A stretch of DNA of 64,000 nt from an uncultured Clostridia bacterium (GCA_946611435.1 CAMODL010000001.1:80818-144817); one strand, 5' to 3'; shown: positions 8,241 to 18,144, numbered from the stretch's first letter. The notes: generated by a model from the letters alone, not told the origin. Program-made: numbers and translations.

Positions 8241-9233
8241 ATGGTTATTATCTGGTTGGCATTGATCAATATCGTAGCTTTTGTCGTCTTCGGGATCGAT
8301 AAATTCAAGGCGGTTGCAGGGACTTGGCGTGTGCCTGAGCGCGTGCTGATCGCACTGGCGGTCATAGGCGGCAGCATCGGTGCTCTTCTCGGAATGCTGA
8401 TCTGGCGGCACAAGATCCGTAAGCCCAAGTTCTATATTACGATACCTGTCCTGATCATCGTGCAGGCCTTGCTGATCTTTTGGGGGTACTATCAGAACAA
8501 TCATCTGACCACCTCATACTATGATCTTGATATCGGATTGGGTCACGAGATGACCATCGTTCAGGTATCCGACCTGCATGCAAAAGTCTTCGGAAGGTCT
8601 CCGGAAGAACTCCTCGACCGGATCGGGGAATGCGACCCGGATATCATCGTGGTGACCGGTGATGCAGTCGACGGGATCCATCCGAGCTTCAATAAGGCGG
8701 AGCAGTTCTTTGAAGGAGCGGTCGAGATAGCTCCTGTTTATTATATAAGCGGCAACCATGAAGCCATGCTGAGCGAGAGTGCCCGCGATGACTTTTATGA
8801 ACATATCGAGAACATGGGTGTGATCCTTGCAGATGATCATGTCTTTGAATTTGACGGACTTACTATCGCAGCGATCGGTGATGACACATTGACAAGAGCA
8901 GGGACCCCTGACAGATTTGGCCTTTTCGACAGGTTTAATGATGAAGATCCTGTCCTGCTTCTGGCTCATGAACCGGGGTTCACTGAGCTATATACATGGT
9001 TAGGTGCCGACCTCGTGCTGACGGGTCATATCCACGGAGGCCAGATCATTATCCCGGGTAAGGGCGGACTCATATCTCCCGATGTCGAATTCTTCCCGGA
9101 ATACTATGACGGTCTGTATGAATTAGGCGGTGAATGTAACACCCGCATGATCGTGAGCCGCGGTATCGGAAACAGCGTGCTCCCGCTGAGGATCAATAAT
9201 TATCCGGAACTCGTGGTAGTGACTGTCCGTTGA
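8241..9233 (+). CDS. DUF1294 membrane domain fused to a calcineurin-like metallophosphoesterase (YkuE-like)
   Basis: The N-terminus (INIVAFVVFGIDKFKA...ERVLIALAVIGGSIGALLGMLIWRHKIRKPKF) is DUF1294-like. The C-terminus has the phosphoesterase motifs GDAVDG, GNHE and LTGHIHGGQ. Confidence 0.75.
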   Translation: MVIIWLALINIVAFVVFGIDKFKAVAGTWRVPERVLIALAVIGGSIGALLGMLIWRHKIRKPKFYITIPVLIIVQALLIFWGYYQNNHLTTSYYDLDIGLGHEMTIVQVSDLHAKVFGRSPEELLDRIGECDPDIIVVTGDAVDGIHPSFNKAEQFFEGAVEIAPVYYISGNHEAMLSESARDDFYEHIENMGVILADDHVFEFDGLTIAAIGDDTLTRAGTPDRFGLFDRFNDEDPVLLLAHEPGFTELYTWLGADLVLTGHIHGGQIIIPGKGGLISPDVEFFPEYYDGLYELGGECNTRMIVSRGIGNSVLPLRINNYPELVVVTVR

Positions 9234-9342
9234 GATAGGGGCGACCTCGGACAGGTCGTTACTTTTCGAGGTCAAAATCATATGATGTTCCCGTAAATAT
9301 AGAGTATAATGTTATATGATGTTCATTTAAACGAGGGAACTT

Positions 9343-12300
9343 ATGAGCATAAAGAGAAGATCGGACAGGAAGATACTCAGACTGAGTGTTTTGCCGGCAG
9401 CGGTGATACTGTTCATTACTCTTGCGCCTTTTCTACTTATGGCAGGGCATGCCGAAGCCCATATTAACACTGATGTCATCAGTTTTGATGAGACAGATGC
9501 GGACAATGGTGATAATCCGAACGAAGATGCTGATGCTCATATCCTGTCTGTTGATCCCACCACGCATTCTGACGGCTATTCTGCTGTTTTGTACGATAAC
9601 ACGAACGGGCTTCCGACCTCTGAAGCTAATGCCATAGTGCAGACATCCGACGGATTCATCTGGATCGGAAGCTACAGCGGACTTATCAGGTATGACGGCA
9701 ATACTTTCGAGAGGATGACTTCGATCGGTATTCCGAGTGTAGTCAGCCTGTATGTCGATTCTCATGACCGTCTGTGGATAGGTTCTAACGACAGCGGTGC
9801 TGCCGTCGTCGAAGGTGAACAGACCAGGATCTTCAATAAGACGGATGGTTTGAATTCTCTTTATGTCAGATCCATCATCGAAGATTCAGAAGGCAATATC
9901 TATCTCGGAACGACGAGCGGTGTGTCGATCATCGACAGCGATATGAACGTTACCAATCTGGATGATCCGAAGATCCGCGATCACTATGTGATGAGGCTTT
10001 TTGAGTGTTGTGACGGCTCGATCTGCGGTGTTACCAGAGAAGGTGCGGTATTCACCGTAAAGGACGGTGTACTGACAGGCTTCTATGACTCTTCATTTAC
10101 CGGAGTCAACAACATACATGCGGTCCTGCCCGATCCTGAGAAGCCGGGCTACTTCTATTTTGGAACGACCGGCACGTCCATTTATTACGGACGGCTCGAC
10201 AGTAACGGCTTTGACTGTTCCGAGATCATTTCCGTGACGTCGTTGTCATATATCAATGCGATCTACAGTATCGAAGATATGATCTGGATCTGTACCGACA
10301 CCGGCATGGGAGTATTACGAGACGGTACGGTGGATGTAGTCGACTATGTTCCGATGACGTCATCAGTCGATAACATGATGGTCGACTATATGGGTAACCT
10401 CTGGTTTGTATCATCCAAACAGGGCGTCATGAAGATCGTTCCGAACAGGTTCAACGACCTTTTTGCCAAATATGATATCGAGGAAGAACTGGTCTATTCT
10501 ACATGCCTGTATGAGAACATGCTCCTCATCGGAACGAAGACCAGAGGACTTATCGCGATAAGCAACGGTCAGATCGTCAATTCGATCCCGGTCACGAGTT
10601 CCGTCTCGGCATCGGGTACGGTCTATGACAGAGATGAAGACCTTATCGAGATGTTCGACGGGTACAGGATAAGGTCGATCATTCCGGACAGTCAGGGCCG
10701 CGTGTGGATATCGTCTTTCAGTGAGCAGCCGTTAGTCAGGTTCGGCGGTGGTGAAGTAGTAAAGTTCACGAGTGAAGACGGTCTTCCTTCGGACCGGGTC
10801 AGAGCGGTTTACGAGTGCGACGACGGTTCATTCCTCGTATGCTGCACGGGCGGACTGGCGATCATCAAAGACGATAAGGTAATAAGGGTCTACGACGAGA
10901 CAGACGGACTTACGAATACCGAGATCCTGACAGCGGCCGAAGCCCCGAACGGTGATTACATAATCGGTACCGACGGCGGCGGACTCTATGTCATCTCAGA
11001 TGACAGCATCACTCACATCGGTACGGATGAAGGGCTGAGTTCGGATGTAATAATGCGGGTAAAGCCAGACAAGAAGAGAGATCTTGTCTGGCTCGTAGCA
11101 AGTAATGCCATTTGTTATCTGACCGAGGACTATGAGATACACGTAATAGATCAGTTCCCTTATACCAATAACTTTGACCTGTACGAGAACAGCGAGAACG
11201 AGATGTGGATCTTAAGCAGTAACGGGATCTATGTGACGGATGTTGATTCGCTGCTGAACAATGAAGATATCGACCCTCTGTTCTACGGAAGTGACAACGG
11301 CATGTCTACTATGCCGACGTCCAATTCCTACAGCGAACTCCTGAGTAACGGTGACCTCTTTATTGCAGGCAGCACGGGTGTCGATAAAGTCAATATCGAG
11401 CAGTCGGCAGTGGATGTCAGCGACTTAAAGATCGCAGTCCCGTATGTCCAGGCAGATGATGAGTTCATCTATCCCGACAGCGCAGGCAAATTCGTTATCC
11501 CGGCTGACACCGAGAGGCTGACGATCTACAGTTATGTATTCAACTATTCGCTCATCAATCCGACGGTCACTTATCGTCTTGTCGGCTTCGAGAGCCGTTC
11601 TACGGTTGTCAACAGAAGCGAGCTTGCACCGATCACATATACCAACCTCGACGGAGGTGAGTATATCTTCGAGATGCAGGTCGATGATCCACACGGCAAC
11701 AACAGTCAGGAGATCAGCGTAGTCATCGTAAAGAAGAAAGCTTTCTGGGAACAGGTGTGGGTCCGCATCCTGGCGTTTGTCGCGCTTATTGCCATCATAT
11801 GCGGCGTCGTCATGTTCCTGATGGACCGCAGGACCAAAGCCTTCTTGAAGAAAGAAGAAGAGCAGAAAGAATTGATCCGCGAGATCGTTGAGGCATTTGC
11901 CAAAGTAATCGATATGAAGGATAAATATACCAACGGTCACTCCACCAGAGTTGCCGAATTCACGGCCATGCTTACACGCGAACTCGGGTATGACGAGGAC
12001 ACGATCGAGAAGTACTACAACATTGCCCTCATGCACGACATAGGCAAGATCGGCATCCCGCCCGAAGTCCTGAACAAACCCGGCAAGCTCGATGACAACG
12101 AATATCACGTCATCCAGTCGCACGCCTCACTCGGCTACGACACTCTCAAAGACATCAGCATAATGCCCGAGCTTGCGACCGGCGCCGGAGCGCATCACGA
12201 GCGTCCCGACGGCAAGGGCTACCCGAACGGTCTCAAGGGTGACGAGATCCCGCGCGTCGCACAGATCATCGCAGTGGCCGATACGTTCGATGCAATGTAT

Positions 12301-12507
12301 TCCGAGCGTCCCTACCGCAAGCGCATGAACTTCGAACGCGTCGTCTCCATCATCAAAGACGCCCGCGGCACCCAGCTGACGGCTGACGTAGTCGATGCCT
12401 TCCTCCGCCTCGTCGAAAAGGGTGAATTCCGCGCCCCGGACGATATCGGCGGCGGCACGACAGAAGACATCAACAACATCCACAAGAAGTTTAATAAGGA
12501 GAAGTGA
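9343..12507 (+). CDS. Sensor protein: extracytoplasmic two-component-regulator propeller repeats + Y_Y_Y domain, one TM, cytoplasmic HD-GYP phosphodiesterase domain
   Basis: It has a signal/TM segment at the N-terminus. Repeated ...DG.IWIGS..GL..YDG... propeller blades follow, and a TM segment at about aa 810. The HD-GYP motifs are HDIGKIGIP and HHERPDGKGYP. Confidence 0.85.
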   Translation: MSIKRRSDRKILRLSVLPAAVILFITLAPFLLMAGHAEAHINTDVISFDETDADNGDNPNEDADAHILSVDPTTHSDGYSAVLYDNTNGLPTSEANAIVQTSDGFIWIGSYSGLIRYDGNTFERMTSIGIPSVVSLYVDSHDRLWIGSNDSGAAVVEGEQTRIFNKTDGLNSLYVRSIIEDSEGNIYLGTTSGVSIIDSDMNVTNLDDPKIRDHYVMRLFECCDGSICGVTREGAVFTVKDGVLTGFYDSSFTGVNNIHAVLPDPEKPGYFYFGTTGTSIYYGRLDSNGFDCSEIISVTSLSYINAIYSIEDMIWICTDTGMGVLRDGTVDVVDYVPMTSSVDNMMVDYMGNLWFVSSKQGVMKIVPNRFNDLFAKYDIEEELVYSTCLYENMLLIGTKTRGLIAISNGQIVNSIPVTSSVSASGTVYDRDEDLIEMFDGYRIRSIIPDSQGRVWISSFSEQPLVRFGGGEVVKFTSEDGLPSDRVRAVYECDDGSFLVCCTGGLAIIKDDKVIRVYDETDGLTNTEILTAAEAPNGDYIIGTDGGGLYVISDDSITHIGTDEGLSSDVIMRVKPDKKRDLVWLVASNAICYLTEDYEIHVIDQFPYTNNFDLYENSENEMWILSSNGIYVTDVDSLLNNEDIDPLFYGSDNGMSTMPTSNSYSELLSNGDLFIAGSTGVDKVNIEQSAVDVSDLKIAVPYVQADDEFIYPDSAGKFVIPADTERLTIYSYVFNYSLINPTVTYRLVGFESRSTVVNRSELAPITYTNLDGGEYIFEMQVDDPHGNNSQEISVVIVKKKAFWEQVWVRILAFVALIAIICGVVMFLMDRRTKAFLKKEEEQKELIREIVEAFAKVIDMKDKYTNGHSTRVAEFTAMLTRELGYDEDTIEKYYNIALMHDIGKIGIPPEVLNKPGKLDDNEYHVIQSHASLGYDTLKDISIMPELATGAGAHHERPDGKGYPNGLKGDEIPRVAQIIAVADTFDAMYSERPYRKRMNFERVVSIIKDARGTQLTADVVDAFLRLVEKGEFRAPDDIGGGTTEDINNIHKKFNKEK

Positions 12508-12610
12508 GGGACGAGCGGAGCATTTGCCTCACTAAGACTCTTTCCATGCCCTCCGGTAACGATTCCGGCTACGATCCTTAAAAAATAACTGCTGTCATTA
12601 CGGACGCCCC

Positions 12611-12639
12611 TTGACAACCATTGCCCCAAGGGTGATAAT
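12611..12639 (+). promoter_or_regulatory. Sigma-A-type promoter of the ctsR operon
   Basis: TTGACA (12611-12616), a 17-nt spacer, then GATAAT (12634-12639). Confidence 0.65.
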
Positions 12640-12645
12640 ATAATT

Positions 12646-12669
12646 AGTCAAAGATAGTCAAAGTCAAAA
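12646..12669 (+). promoter_or_regulatory. CtsR operator: direct heptad repeats AGTCAAA-GAT-AGTCAAA plus an adjoining GTCAAAA
   Basis: It matches the (A/G)GTCAAA-NAN-(A/G)GTCAAA CtsR box. It sits 7 nt downstream of the -10 box, directly upstream of ctsR. Confidence 0.85.
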
Positions 12670-12749
12670 CAAAAGCAAGATCATCACCATAAACAATGAC
12701 AGATGATGGTAAAGGCGCATAAGCAAGACAGCAGGAAAGGAGAGGCGTT

Positions 12750-13211
12750 ATGGCAAGGTTGGTCGATGTCATCGAGATGATGATAAAGGACATGCTCGAT
12801 GAGAATAACGGGAGTGCCACGATCAGCAGGAGCGTGCTCGCAGAGAAGGCGAATTGTGTTCCGTCGCAGGTTACGTATGTGCTGTCGACCAGGTTCTCGA
12901 CCGGAAACGGTTATCTGGTCGAGAGCAGAAGAGGCGGCGGCGGACAGATCACTATTACGAGAGTTCAGCCGATGAACAGGGGCGATTATATAAGTTCGGT
13001 CATCAAGTCGGTCGAGAACGTTCTGACACAGGAGCAGGCGAGGACGCTTCTTACGAATACGGTGGCGTGCGGGGCGATCAGTTCCAGGGAGGCAACAGCG
13101 GTCATGGCGGCTGTGTCGGACAGGGCGCTCGCCAAGATAGACAGCGATATCAGATCGGTAGTAAGGGCTGACATCTTCAAGAATACGATGTTGGCATTGA
13201 TGATGGATTAA
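12750..13211 (+). CDS. ctsR: Class III stress-gene repressor CtsR
   Basis: 153 aa. It has the winged-HTH with the Gly-rich loop ESRRGGGGQITI and sits first in a ctsR-mcsA-mcsB-clpC arrangement. Confidence 0.9.
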   Translation: MARLVDVIEMMIKDMLDENNGSATISRSVLAEKANCVPSQVTYVLSTRFSTGNGYLVESRRGGGGQITITRVQPMNRGDYISSVIKSVENVLTQEQARTLLTNTVACGAISSREATAVMAAVSDRALAKIDSDIRSVVRADIFKNTMLALMMD

Positions 13212-13232
13212 GAGAGGAGAGGAGAAGAGATT

Positions 13233-13931
13233 ATGAGATGTGAGAAATGCGGTGCCTTACTGGGCAATAGACTGATAAAGATCAACGGAGTGTTGTTGTG
13301 TGAGAATTGTGCACGTGAGGTGACACGGGATCAGCAGCTGCTGTTTAATTCTGCTTTTCCGATCCTTGATGAACTGACGGGCGGATTTATGAATGGCGGA
13401 CTCGATTTCGCGAATACGAGGATCACCTGTTCCAAGTGCGGTTCGACACTGAGAGATATTGAGGCGAGCGGCAAGGTCGGATGTATTGACTGCTATAACA
13501 CGTTTAATGAGACGATCCTTAAGTTCTTACTTAAGCGTCAGGGCAACAGCGAGTACAGAGGAAGATCGCCGGGCGAAGAGATCCTGATCGAGACGGCCGG
13601 GAACGAGGAAGATGATCCCGTAGCAGGAAACAAGGATGAGGTTAACGCTGCCGAGAAGACTTCGAGTGCACGCCGTACTGCAAAGAAGAAGGCAGAGGAT
13701 AAGCCTGAGGAGAAGACTGAGAAGGTCAGCGCAAAGAAGACGGAGAAGGCTTCTGATACAAAGGCAGGGGCAAGCAGGGAAGACCGCATCGCCAAGCTCA
13801 ACAAGGCAGATCTGGGGATGCTCGACGACAAGGCACTGGAAGATGGTATGAAGCTGGCGGTCGAGTGCGAGGACTATGCGCTCGCGGCAAGGCTGAGAGA
13901 TGAGCTTAAGAGCAGGAAAGGAGACAAGTGA
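13233..13931 (+). CDS. mcsA: McsA-like zinc-finger/UVR-domain protein with a long Lys/Glu-rich insert
   Basis: Two pairs of CxxC motifs (CEKCG...CENCA and CSKCG...CIDCY). A C-terminal UVR-like helix (DYALAARLRDELKSRK). Its operon position fits. Confidence 0.8.
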   Translation: MRCEKCGALLGNRLIKINGVLLCENCAREVTRDQQLLFNSAFPILDELTGGFMNGGLDFANTRITCSKCGSTLRDIEASGKVGCIDCYNTFNETILKFLLKRQGNSEYRGRSPGEEILIETAGNEEDDPVAGNKDEVNAAEKTSSARRTAKKKAEDKPEEKTEKVSAKKTEKASDTKAGASREDRIAKLNKADLGMLDDKALEDGMKLAVECEDYALAARLRDELKSRKGDK

Positions 13932-13932
13932 C

Positions 13933-14955
13933 ATGTGGTATGAGAAGAGCGGGAAAGATACCGATATCGTTTTATACTCGAGAGCATGTATCTATCGTAA
14001 TATCAAGGGGATCCCCTTTCCGCAGAAGATGGTGTCTTCGGACAGGGAGCACGTTATCGACACGGTGAGAGAGGCAGTCAAGGGCAGCGGCATGAAGTTC
14101 GTGAGGCTTGATGAGCTGGATGATAAGTCTAAGGCGGATCTTTTCGATCAGTATTATGCGACTTACGCGTTCCTGAATGACGGCGGTGAGTCGGCGTTCC
14201 TGATAGATACCGAGAACAGCACGTGCGTTACTGTCAACAGGACGGAACATATCGAGATCGATACCATACTCGCAGGATCGAATATACGGGAAGTCTTCAA
14301 CAGGTCGAACAAGGTTGCGGTCGATCTCGAAAAGAAGATCGACATCGCCTACAGCGAGAAGTTCGGTTTCCTGACGTCTGACCTGAGACTTCTCGGTACA
14401 GGATTACAGCTGGTCTTCCTTGTGGCGCTTCCGGGGATAGAGAAGACGCAGGCGGCATATCAGATGCTGTCGCAGCGTATAGCTCAGTACGACTGGAAGA
14501 TAGAGCCGGCGATCTTCGCTGAAGAGACTAATCAGGCAGGACTCTATATCATACATAATGTGGCGACCCTCGGTGTTGAGGAAGTTTCTCAGCTTGAGAT
14601 GGCGAACAGGCTGATAAACGAAGTCATCTTCCTTGAGAGGAAATGCCGGTCCAACATCGTGAGGAAGAAATCACTGATCGTCGAGGATCAGTACTATCGC
14701 GCATACGGACTTCTCCGCTATGCGAGGAAACTTACGACATCGGAGGTTATGAGTCTTCTGCTGTGGCTGAGGCTCGGACTGGAGCGGATCGAGAATGATG
14801 AGACAGACCTCGACTGGTACAGACTTAATCGAATAACGCATGATGCCAGACGCGATTACGGAACGATGATGATGAGCGGGAACAATGCTTCCCAGAAGGC
14901 GATAAGACGCGCTGAACGTGTAAGGAAGATCTTGAAGGGAGATGATGAGATATGA
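13933..14955 (+). CDS. mcsB: McsB-like ATP:guanido phosphotransferase homolog with a degenerate catalytic signature
   Basis: Operon position fits, and it aligns without gaps to the McsB core (DIVLxSRxxxxRN, LTS....GTGL, HLPxL-like LPGI). I prefer the ATG at 13933 (MWYEKSG) over the ORF-track start at 13900. See the findings for the lost catalytic residues. Confidence 0.8.
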   Translation: MWYEKSGKDTDIVLYSRACIYRNIKGIPFPQKMVSSDREHVIDTVREAVKGSGMKFVRLDELDDKSKADLFDQYYATYAFLNDGGESAFLIDTENSTCVTVNRTEHIEIDTILAGSNIREVFNRSNKVAVDLEKKIDIAYSEKFGFLTSDLRLLGTGLQLVFLVALPGIEKTQAAYQMLSQRIAQYDWKIEPAIFAEETNQAGLYIIHNVATLGVEEVSQLEMANRLINEVIFLERKCRSNIVRKKSLIVEDQYYRAYGLLRYARKLTTSEVMSLLLWLRLGLERIENDETDLDWYRLNRITHDARRDYGTMMMSGNNASQKAIRRAERVRKILKGDDEI

Positions 14956-17570
14956 GGTTAACGGAAGATACCACACAGGTAATCATAATGGCCAAACGCC
15001 TTGCCGATTCGCAGGGCGGAAAGATGATGTCAACGGAATTCATCCTGGCGGGGCTTCTTGCCGTCGACGGTCCTGCGTGCGATACGCTGAACCGTAACGG
15101 ACTGGATCTCGAGACAGTATGTAATATACTGAGTGCGGATCCGACTACATTGTCAGAGCCTACTAAGGAATATGAGATTGAAGAAGGATTAAGGTCGTTC
15201 AGACTTGAGACGAAGAGGCTTTTCGCTGATGCGGCTGATGCCAGCAGAAGGTCGGGGAGCAAGGGTGTCATCAAGCCTGAGCATCTCCTGTTCGGGATCG
15301 CCAGTAACAGGAGTTTTACTGCCTACAATCTTCTTGTCAGAGCTGATGTGGATGTAAAGGCGTTACTCGAGGATACCGTCTCGGGGTTCGGAAGCGGCGG
15401 ACATTCAGACGATATGCCTTTTGACGAGGAGAATGATGACTTCCCGATGATGGGTGACCGTGCTTCATCACGTCCCCGTACGTCGAGGAACGGAAAGAGA
15501 GGCAAGGGCAAGACGCTCGATCAGTTCGGCAAGAACCTGACACAGATGGCAAAGGACGGCAAGATCGATCCTGTCATCGGACGTGAGGAAGAGATCAACC
15601 GCGTTATGCAGATCCTTGCAAGACGCACAAAGAATAATCCTTGTCTCGTAGGTGACCCCGGTGTCGGTAAGACGGCGATAGCCGAAGGTCTGGCTCTCAA
15701 GATAGCGACGGACGATGTGCCGGATATCCTGAAGGGTAAGACAGTCTATTCGATCGATATGGGTTCCATGGTTGCCGGTTCCAAGTACAGAGGTGACTTC
15801 GAAGAGAGGATCAAGAACGTACTCACCGAAGCGTGTGAAGACTCGAACATCATCCTCTTCATCGATGAGATCCATACTCTTATAGGCGCCGGCGGAGGCG
15901 AGGGCTCACTCGATGCCGCGAACATCATGAAGCCGATGCTTACAAAGAATGAGCTGCAGGTCATCGGTGCGACAACTCTTGATGAGTACAGCAAGCATAT
16001 CGAAAAGGATTCCGCTCTTGAGAGACGTTTCCAGAAGGTCCTTGTAAACGAGCCTTCGGTTCCGGAAGCGATCGAGATACTTAAGGGACTTCGTCCGAGG
16101 TACGAAGAGCATCATAAGATCAGGATATCCGATGAGGCTATCGAGCAGGCTGTATTGCTGTCGACGAGATATATCTCCGATCGTTTCCTCCCGGATAAAG
16201 CCATCGACCTTGTCGATGAGGCGGCTGCGCGTAAGAGGATCAATTTTGCCGATTCCGATGAGAAGCATAAGCTCGAGAGCAGGCTCGCTGCCATCGCCGA
16301 AGAGAAGCAGACTGCGGTCAATAATATGGAGTTCGAGAAGGCGGCAGTACTTCGTGACGAAGAGAAGACGATCAACGAGAAGCTCGATGCGATAAGCAGC
16401 AAGTCCGAGCCTGATGAGGACGGATTCACGGGAGTGCTCACGGTAGACGATATTGCAGACGTACTCGCGAAGTGGTCGGGCATTCCCGTATCGAAGATCA
16501 CCGAGTCTGATGCCGAGAGATTAAAGAGTCTCGAGGACGAATTGAAGAAGAGAGTTATCGGACAGGACGAGGCGGTCACGGCAATCGCGAAGGCAATCAG
16601 AAGATCGAGACTCGGTCTTAAGGATCCGACAAAACCGTCGGGAACGTTCATCTTCCTCGGAACGACCGGAGTAGGTAAGACAGAACTTGCCAAGGCACTC
16701 GCGGAAGTCATGTTCGGCAATGAGAACGCACTTGTCAGGATCGATATGTCGGAGTATATGGAGAAACACGATGTAAGTAAGCTCATCGGATCTCCGCCGG
16801 GATATGTAGGTTACGAAGAGGGCGGACAGCTCACCGAGAAGGTACGTCGTCATCCGTATTCGGTCGTGCTTTTCGATGAGATAGAGAAGGCACATCCCGA
16901 CATCTTCAATTCGATGCTTCAGGTGCTCGACGACGGCAGACTTACGGACGGAAAGGGACGAGTCGTCGACTTCAAGAATACGATCATAATCATGACATCG
17001 AATATCGGTGCCAGGATGCTGACGGGAGATGCGGGAAGACGCATCGGATTCAATCTTGAAGACAAGGATGACAAGGATGAGGCGAGCCGCGAGAGACTCT
17101 ACGGCGGTAAGAGTTATGACGAGGCAAAATCGGTCGTTCTCGAAGAACTCAAGAAGGCTTTCTCTCCGGAGTTCGTTAACCGTGTCGATGAGATCATCTT
17201 CTTCAGGATGCTCGGTAAGGATTCGCTGATCAAGATCGTCGATCTTCTTACGGCATCAGTCGGCAAGCGTGTTCAGGATATCGGTATCGAGATCCGTCTT
17301 ACCGATGAAGCAAAAGAGATCCTCGCACGTAAAGGATACGATCCTCAGTACGGCGCGAGACCGCTGAGAAGAGTCATTCAGTCGATGGTAGAAGATACCT
17401 TCTCCGAAGCGCTTCTTGACGGTGTAATAAAGCCCGGATGTATCGCCGAAGTAATAGCCGGGGATGACGGTGAGAGCGTTAAGATAATCAACGCGGGACC
17501 GATCCAAAAAGAGGCTTCTTCCGGTAGCAAAAAGAAGGATAAAAAGAAGACGGAACCGGCATCAAAATAA
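14952..17570 (+). CDS. clpC: ATP-dependent Clp protease ATP-binding subunit ClpC
   Basis: 872 aa. It has a double Clp_N repeat and two AAA+ modules (GDPGVGKT and [12 protein letters not shown]). A UVR-like M-domain is present ([20 protein letters not shown]). It overlaps the mcsB stop. Confidence 0.92.
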   Translation: MRLTEDTTQVIIMAKRLADSQGGKMMSTEFILAGLLAVDGPACDTLNRNGLDLETVCNILSADPTTLSEPTKEYEIEEGLRSFRLETKRLFADAADASRRSGSKGVIKPEHLLFGIASNRSFTAYNLLVRADVDVKALLEDTVSGFGSGGHSDDMPFDEENDDFPMMGDRASSRPRTSRNGKRGKGKTLDQFGKNLTQMAKDGKIDPVIGREEEINRVMQILARRTKNNPCLVGDPGVGKTAIAEGLALKIATDDVPDILKGKTVYSIDMGSMVAGSKYRGDFEERIKNVLTEACEDSNIILFIDEIHTLIGAGGGEGSLDAANIMKPMLTKNELQVIGATTLDEYSKHIEKDSALERRFQKVLVNEPSVPEAIEILKGLRPRYEEHHKIRISDEAIEQAVLLSTRYISDRFLPDKAIDLVDEAAARKRINFADSDEKHKLESRLAAIAEEKQTAVNNMEFEKAAVLRDEEKTINEKLDAISSKSEPDEDGFTGVLTVDDIADVLAKWSGIPVSKITESDAERLKSLEDELKKRVIGQDEAVTAIAKAIRRSRLGLKDPTKPSGTFIFLGTTGVGKTELAKALAEVMFGNENALVRIDMSEYMEKHDVSKLIGSPPGYVGYEEGGQLTEKVRRHPYSVVLFDEIEKAHPDIFNSMLQVLDDGRLTDGKGRVVDFKNTIIIMTSNIGARMLTGDAGRRIGFNLEDKDDKDEASRERLYGGKSYDEAKSVVLEELKKAFSPEFVNRVDEIIFFRMLGKDSLIKIVDLLTASVGKRVQDIGIEIRLTDEAKEILARKGYDPQYGARPLRRVIQSMVEDTFSEALLDGVIKPGCIAEVIAGDDGESVKIINAGPIQKEASSGSKKKDKKKTEPASK

Positions 17571-17601
17571 AGGTGTAAAACAACAGTCTTTTCACAAACA
17601 T

Positions 17602-17639
17602 AAACGATCGGGTCTTATATCGGATCCGATCGTTTTTTA
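17602..17639 (+). terminator. Intrinsic terminator after clpC
   Basis: AAACGATCGG...CCGATCGTTT stem followed by TTTT. Confidence 0.75.
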
Positions 17640-17781
17640 TTCATTTATAGTTGATATTATCCGAATGAGAAAAGGATTATTCAAGTTTTTTTGTCTAAAA
17701 GCGTCAAAACAAAATCTAAAGACATTTTTAGTGATTCTGTATAGAATAATAGCAGTTCACTTTATATGGAGGTAAATTGAA

Positions 17782-18144
17782 ATGCCCAAAGCAAAGAAGA
17801 CAGAAGCTGCTGAGAAGACAGCAGAAGTAAAAGTAACACCCGTAGTAGAGGCTAAGAAGGCTGAAGAGAAGAAGGTTGCTGCTCCTGCAGCTGCTGCAAA
17901 GAAGCCCGCTGCAAAGAAGGCTCCCGCAAAGAAGCCCGCTGCTAAGAAGCCTGCTGCAAAGAAGACAGCTGCTAAGAAGCCTGCTGCTAAGAAGCTCGGC
18001 AAGATCATCTTCGAGATCGATGGTCAGCAGATCGACTTCAAGGCTATCGAGAAGAAGGCTGCTAAGCTCGGCGGTGACGTTTATGTTGTTGCTGCTGAGA
18101 AGAAGATCTACGATGCAGAAGGAAAGTCTGTAGAGCTCTTCTAA
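17782..18144 (+). CDS. Lys/Ala-rich histone-H1-like repeat protein with a small globular C-terminal domain
   Basis: SD GGAGGT upstream. The N-terminal half contains AAKKPAAKK repeats. The C-terminal roughly 50 aa (KIIFEIDGQQIDFKAIEKKAAKLGGDVYVVAAEKKIYDAEGKSVELF) is non-repetitive. A strong terminator lies downstream. Confidence 0.7.
   Translation: MPKAKKTEAAEKTAEVKVTPVVEAKKAEEKKVAAPAAAAKKPAAKKAPAKKPAAKKPAAKKTAAKKPAAKKLGKIIFEIDGQQIDFKAIEKKAAKLGGDVYVVAAEKKIYDAEGKSVELF

Noticed and set aside
9270-9330. Direct repeat ATATGATGTTC (two copies) flanking a TATAAT upstream of the HD-GYP sensor gene
   Set aside because: Two 11-bp copies in AT-rich promoter DNA could arise by chance. No further copies were seen elsewhere in the window.
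17757-18008. Minus-strand ORF rich in Phe/Ala/Gly, opposite the Lys/Ala-repeat gene
   Set aside because: It is the complement of AAG/GCT repeats. The plus-strand gene has the SD, the terminator and a non-repetitive C-terminal domain.
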